Assembly (NCBI GenBank): GCA_964016885.1
Contig: CAXHJY010001549.1
Location: forward strand, 1-64,000
Reading direction: 5' to 3'
From: Eledone cirrhosa
Taxonomy: Eukaryota
DNA length: 64,000 nt
Shown here piece after piece: positions 61,620-64,000 of the stretch. Numbering within the stretch: position 1 is the stretch's first letter; every line of letters starts with the position of its first letter. The notes beneath the pieces are model-generated. The model was not told the DNA's origin. It ran no database searches and saw nothing but the letters and a program-made list of their open reading frames with translations. A program made the translations under genes and the position numbers.

Positions 61620-62225
61620 TACAAGCCACTCTTCTACTCCTAGTTTTCTAAAAACCCACCAGATATAGGCATGGGGGACTCTGTAAAAAGCTTTCTCAAT
61701 ATCAACAAATGCCTGGTAGAGCGACTTACTTTTAGCTCAGGACTTCTCTTGTAGTTACTTCACAAGGAAGAGGGCATCTGTGGTGCTTTTACCGAGCACA
61801 AATCCAAACTGCATCTCATCTAGGTTAACCCGGTCCCTAATCAGCTGTGCTACAACACTTTCTCTTACATTTTCATAACCTGGTCCATCAACTTGAAACC
61901 TCAATAGATTCCTCTATCTAATGCATCTTTTTTTACTTTTGTAGCAGTTGACAATGATGCTGCTGTGCCAGTCTTTCGGTATGACACCATTTAGTATTAA
62001 TTGGTTTACAATACGAGTAGTTAAGGTGTGACCCACTGACCAAGCTGCTTTCAGCATCTCAGCAACTATCCTTGATGGACCGGTTGCGTTCCCAGTCTTC
62101 ATATCCTTAATTGCCTTACTTACTACACTGCTGCTGACTTGTACAGATGGGCCCTCTGTTGGGTCCACTTGGAGTGGGCTCTCTTTCTCCCATGCATTCT
62201 CCTCATTCAGTAATCTTTCATAATG
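61620..62225 (-). mobile_element. RTE-type LINE RT N-terminal fragment
   Basis: KAIKDMKTGNATGPSRIVAEMLKA...IPKDWHSSIIV; LDEMQFGFV; FVDIEKAF. Confidence 0.85.
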
Positions 62226-62480
62226 GCTCTTCCATGGTACTTTCTTTTCGGTGTCTGTGAGGGCAAGTGCGCCTCCATCATCCCGGACACACTTCTCGAC
62301 AATGACATCACAATTTTCTCAAACACACTGCCTAGCAGTCCTGAATACCTCCCGGTAGGGAAGGCTTTTGTGTTTCCAACTGTCACTATTTCGTCCTTTG
62401 GTGAGGATAAAATCTATCTGACTAGCATGCTCACCAGACCTATAGGTGATCGGGTGGTTGTCGGATATATATATATATAC

Positions 62481-62828
62481 ATGGAGGCACATGGCTTAGT
62501 GGTTAGAGCATTGGGCTTGCAATCGAAAGGTTGTGAGTTTAATCCTCAGACCGGGTGATGTGTTGTTTCCTTGAGCAAGACACTTTATTTCACGTTGCTC
62601 CAGTTTACTCAGCTGTAGAAATGAGATGATAGGACTGGGGTCCCTATCATTCCACTGCAAAGTGGTCGTGGAGGTGCCACGGCAAAAAAGCACCCAGCAC
62701 TCACTGTAAATTAGGTTGGTATTAGGAAGGGCATCGAGCTGTAGAAATCAAGCCAGAATCAGTTCCCGTCCCACCCTTGCAAGCAGGGAAAAGCGGACGT
62801 AAAATGAAATGAAATGATGAATGATGAT
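62481..62828 (+). mobile_element. Full-length composite SINE
   Basis: GGAGGCACATGGCTTAGTGG A box, CORE-like domain, GGTATTAGGAAGGGCATC RTE-like segment and (TGA)n tail. Confidence 0.9.
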
Positions 62829-63061
62829 ACAAACAATGAATCAAAACATTGAATATGTTAGAATTTTGTGCTTCTCAATAAGCAAGCTCAATAGACTTTA
62901 TCTAGAGCCCTAATAAGGTTTCTCTTATGATTCCACCTGTGTACATATTCTTCTATCAAATATGTATTTGGTATATATACAATATACTGTGTTTCTTATA
63001 CAATATATGGGTTTTTCTCTATATATACATATATCTTTTTCATTTGGTTTATCATTTTTTT

Positions 63062-63402
63062 TCATTTTCATCATTTCATTTTACGTCCGCTTTTTCCCTG
63101 CTTGCAAGGGTGGGACGGGAACTGATTCTGGCTTGATTTCTACAGCTGGATGCCCTTTCTAACACCAACCTCATTTACAGTGAGTGCTGGGTGCTTTTTT
63201 GCCGTGGCATCTCCACGACCACTTTGCAGTGGAATGATATGGACCCCAGTCTCTATCATCTCATTTCTACAGCTGAGTAAACTGGAGCAATGTGAAATAC
63301 AGTGTCTTGCTCAAGGAAACAACATCACCCGGTCTGAGAATTGAACTCACAACCTTTCGATTGCAAGGCCAATGCTCTAACCACTAAGCCATGTGCCTCC
63401 AT
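63062..63402 (-). mobile_element. Full-length composite SINE, inverted relative to the 62481 copy
   Basis: Reverse complement of the 62481-62828 element with few substitutions. Confidence 0.9.
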
Positions 63403-63455
63403 ATATATATATATAATCATCATCATCATCATTAACATATATATATGTATGTATA

Positions 63456-64000
63456 CTAGAACACCCGTGACCCGTTGGGACACGTTCACTTCAAAATATT
63501 TTTTTTAAATCATGTTCACTTAAAAATAATCATTAAATAATTAGAATATACACAAACATGTATATAATGTGAAATGAAACTGGAAGGCCCATATATATAT
63601 ATATATACGTGTGTGTATGTATATATATAAATGTGTGTGTGTGTGTATACATATATATTTATATATGTGGGTGTCCCTGATCTATATACACTGGTCAGAC
63701 ACATACACACATAAATATATATATATATACACAACACCAGCTCTCTCTCTCTCTTCCATTCTCCGTTTCCTCTCCCTCTCTATGTCCTTCTTTCAATTTA
63801 TTCCCTCACAACCACTATCTCTTTCTCTCTCTCTCTGTTTATGAAAGTACCCAGAAAAACCCCATATCTCAGGAACCCATGGTCCGATTTTCGCGAAACT
63901 TGTTTTATTCCATTTGTATCCCCGTTTCAGGGTCAATTTCCTTTCAAAGTATTTTCCCATTATGCGCCCTTTTGGCTGTATTACATTACAGAGAAGCAAG
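63456..64000 (-). mobile_element. Non-autonomous Helitron-like element, 3' end
   Basis: Minus strand ends in a GC-rich hairpin-like stretch then CTAG|T. Contains internal microsatellites and an ATATCTCAGGAAC...CCGATTTT motif common in Helitron-N elements. Confidence 0.5.

Overview
Eukaryotic, AT-rich, repeat-dense genomic DNA. The SINE/RTE repertoire suggests an octopus-like cephalopod (inference). Bases 1-12.8 kb are tandem or low-complexity: a ~71-72-bp AT-rich satellite with a 1785-bp higher-order repeat, a ~4.9-kb GA tract and a 16-bp minisatellite. The rest holds three genes: a 9-coding-exon perilipin (PAT family, 425 aa, + strand, with a candidate TATA/CRE promoter), an intronless TTI2 ORF (526 aa, +), and the last two exons of a minus-strand single-pass membrane protein with a tyrosine-motif tail. 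Interspersed repeats include tRNA-derived SINEs, RTE-type LINE fragments, CRE-like RLE retroelement remnants, Helitron pieces and several MITEs. The most striking signal is a set of type I hammerhead-ribozyme motifs from several sequence families, mostly in Penelope-like inverted pseudo-LTR/fold-back structures. The 72-bp satellite monomer is clearly homologous to one of these hammerhead units but has a decayed catalytic core. All calls were made by eye; no searches or folding were run.
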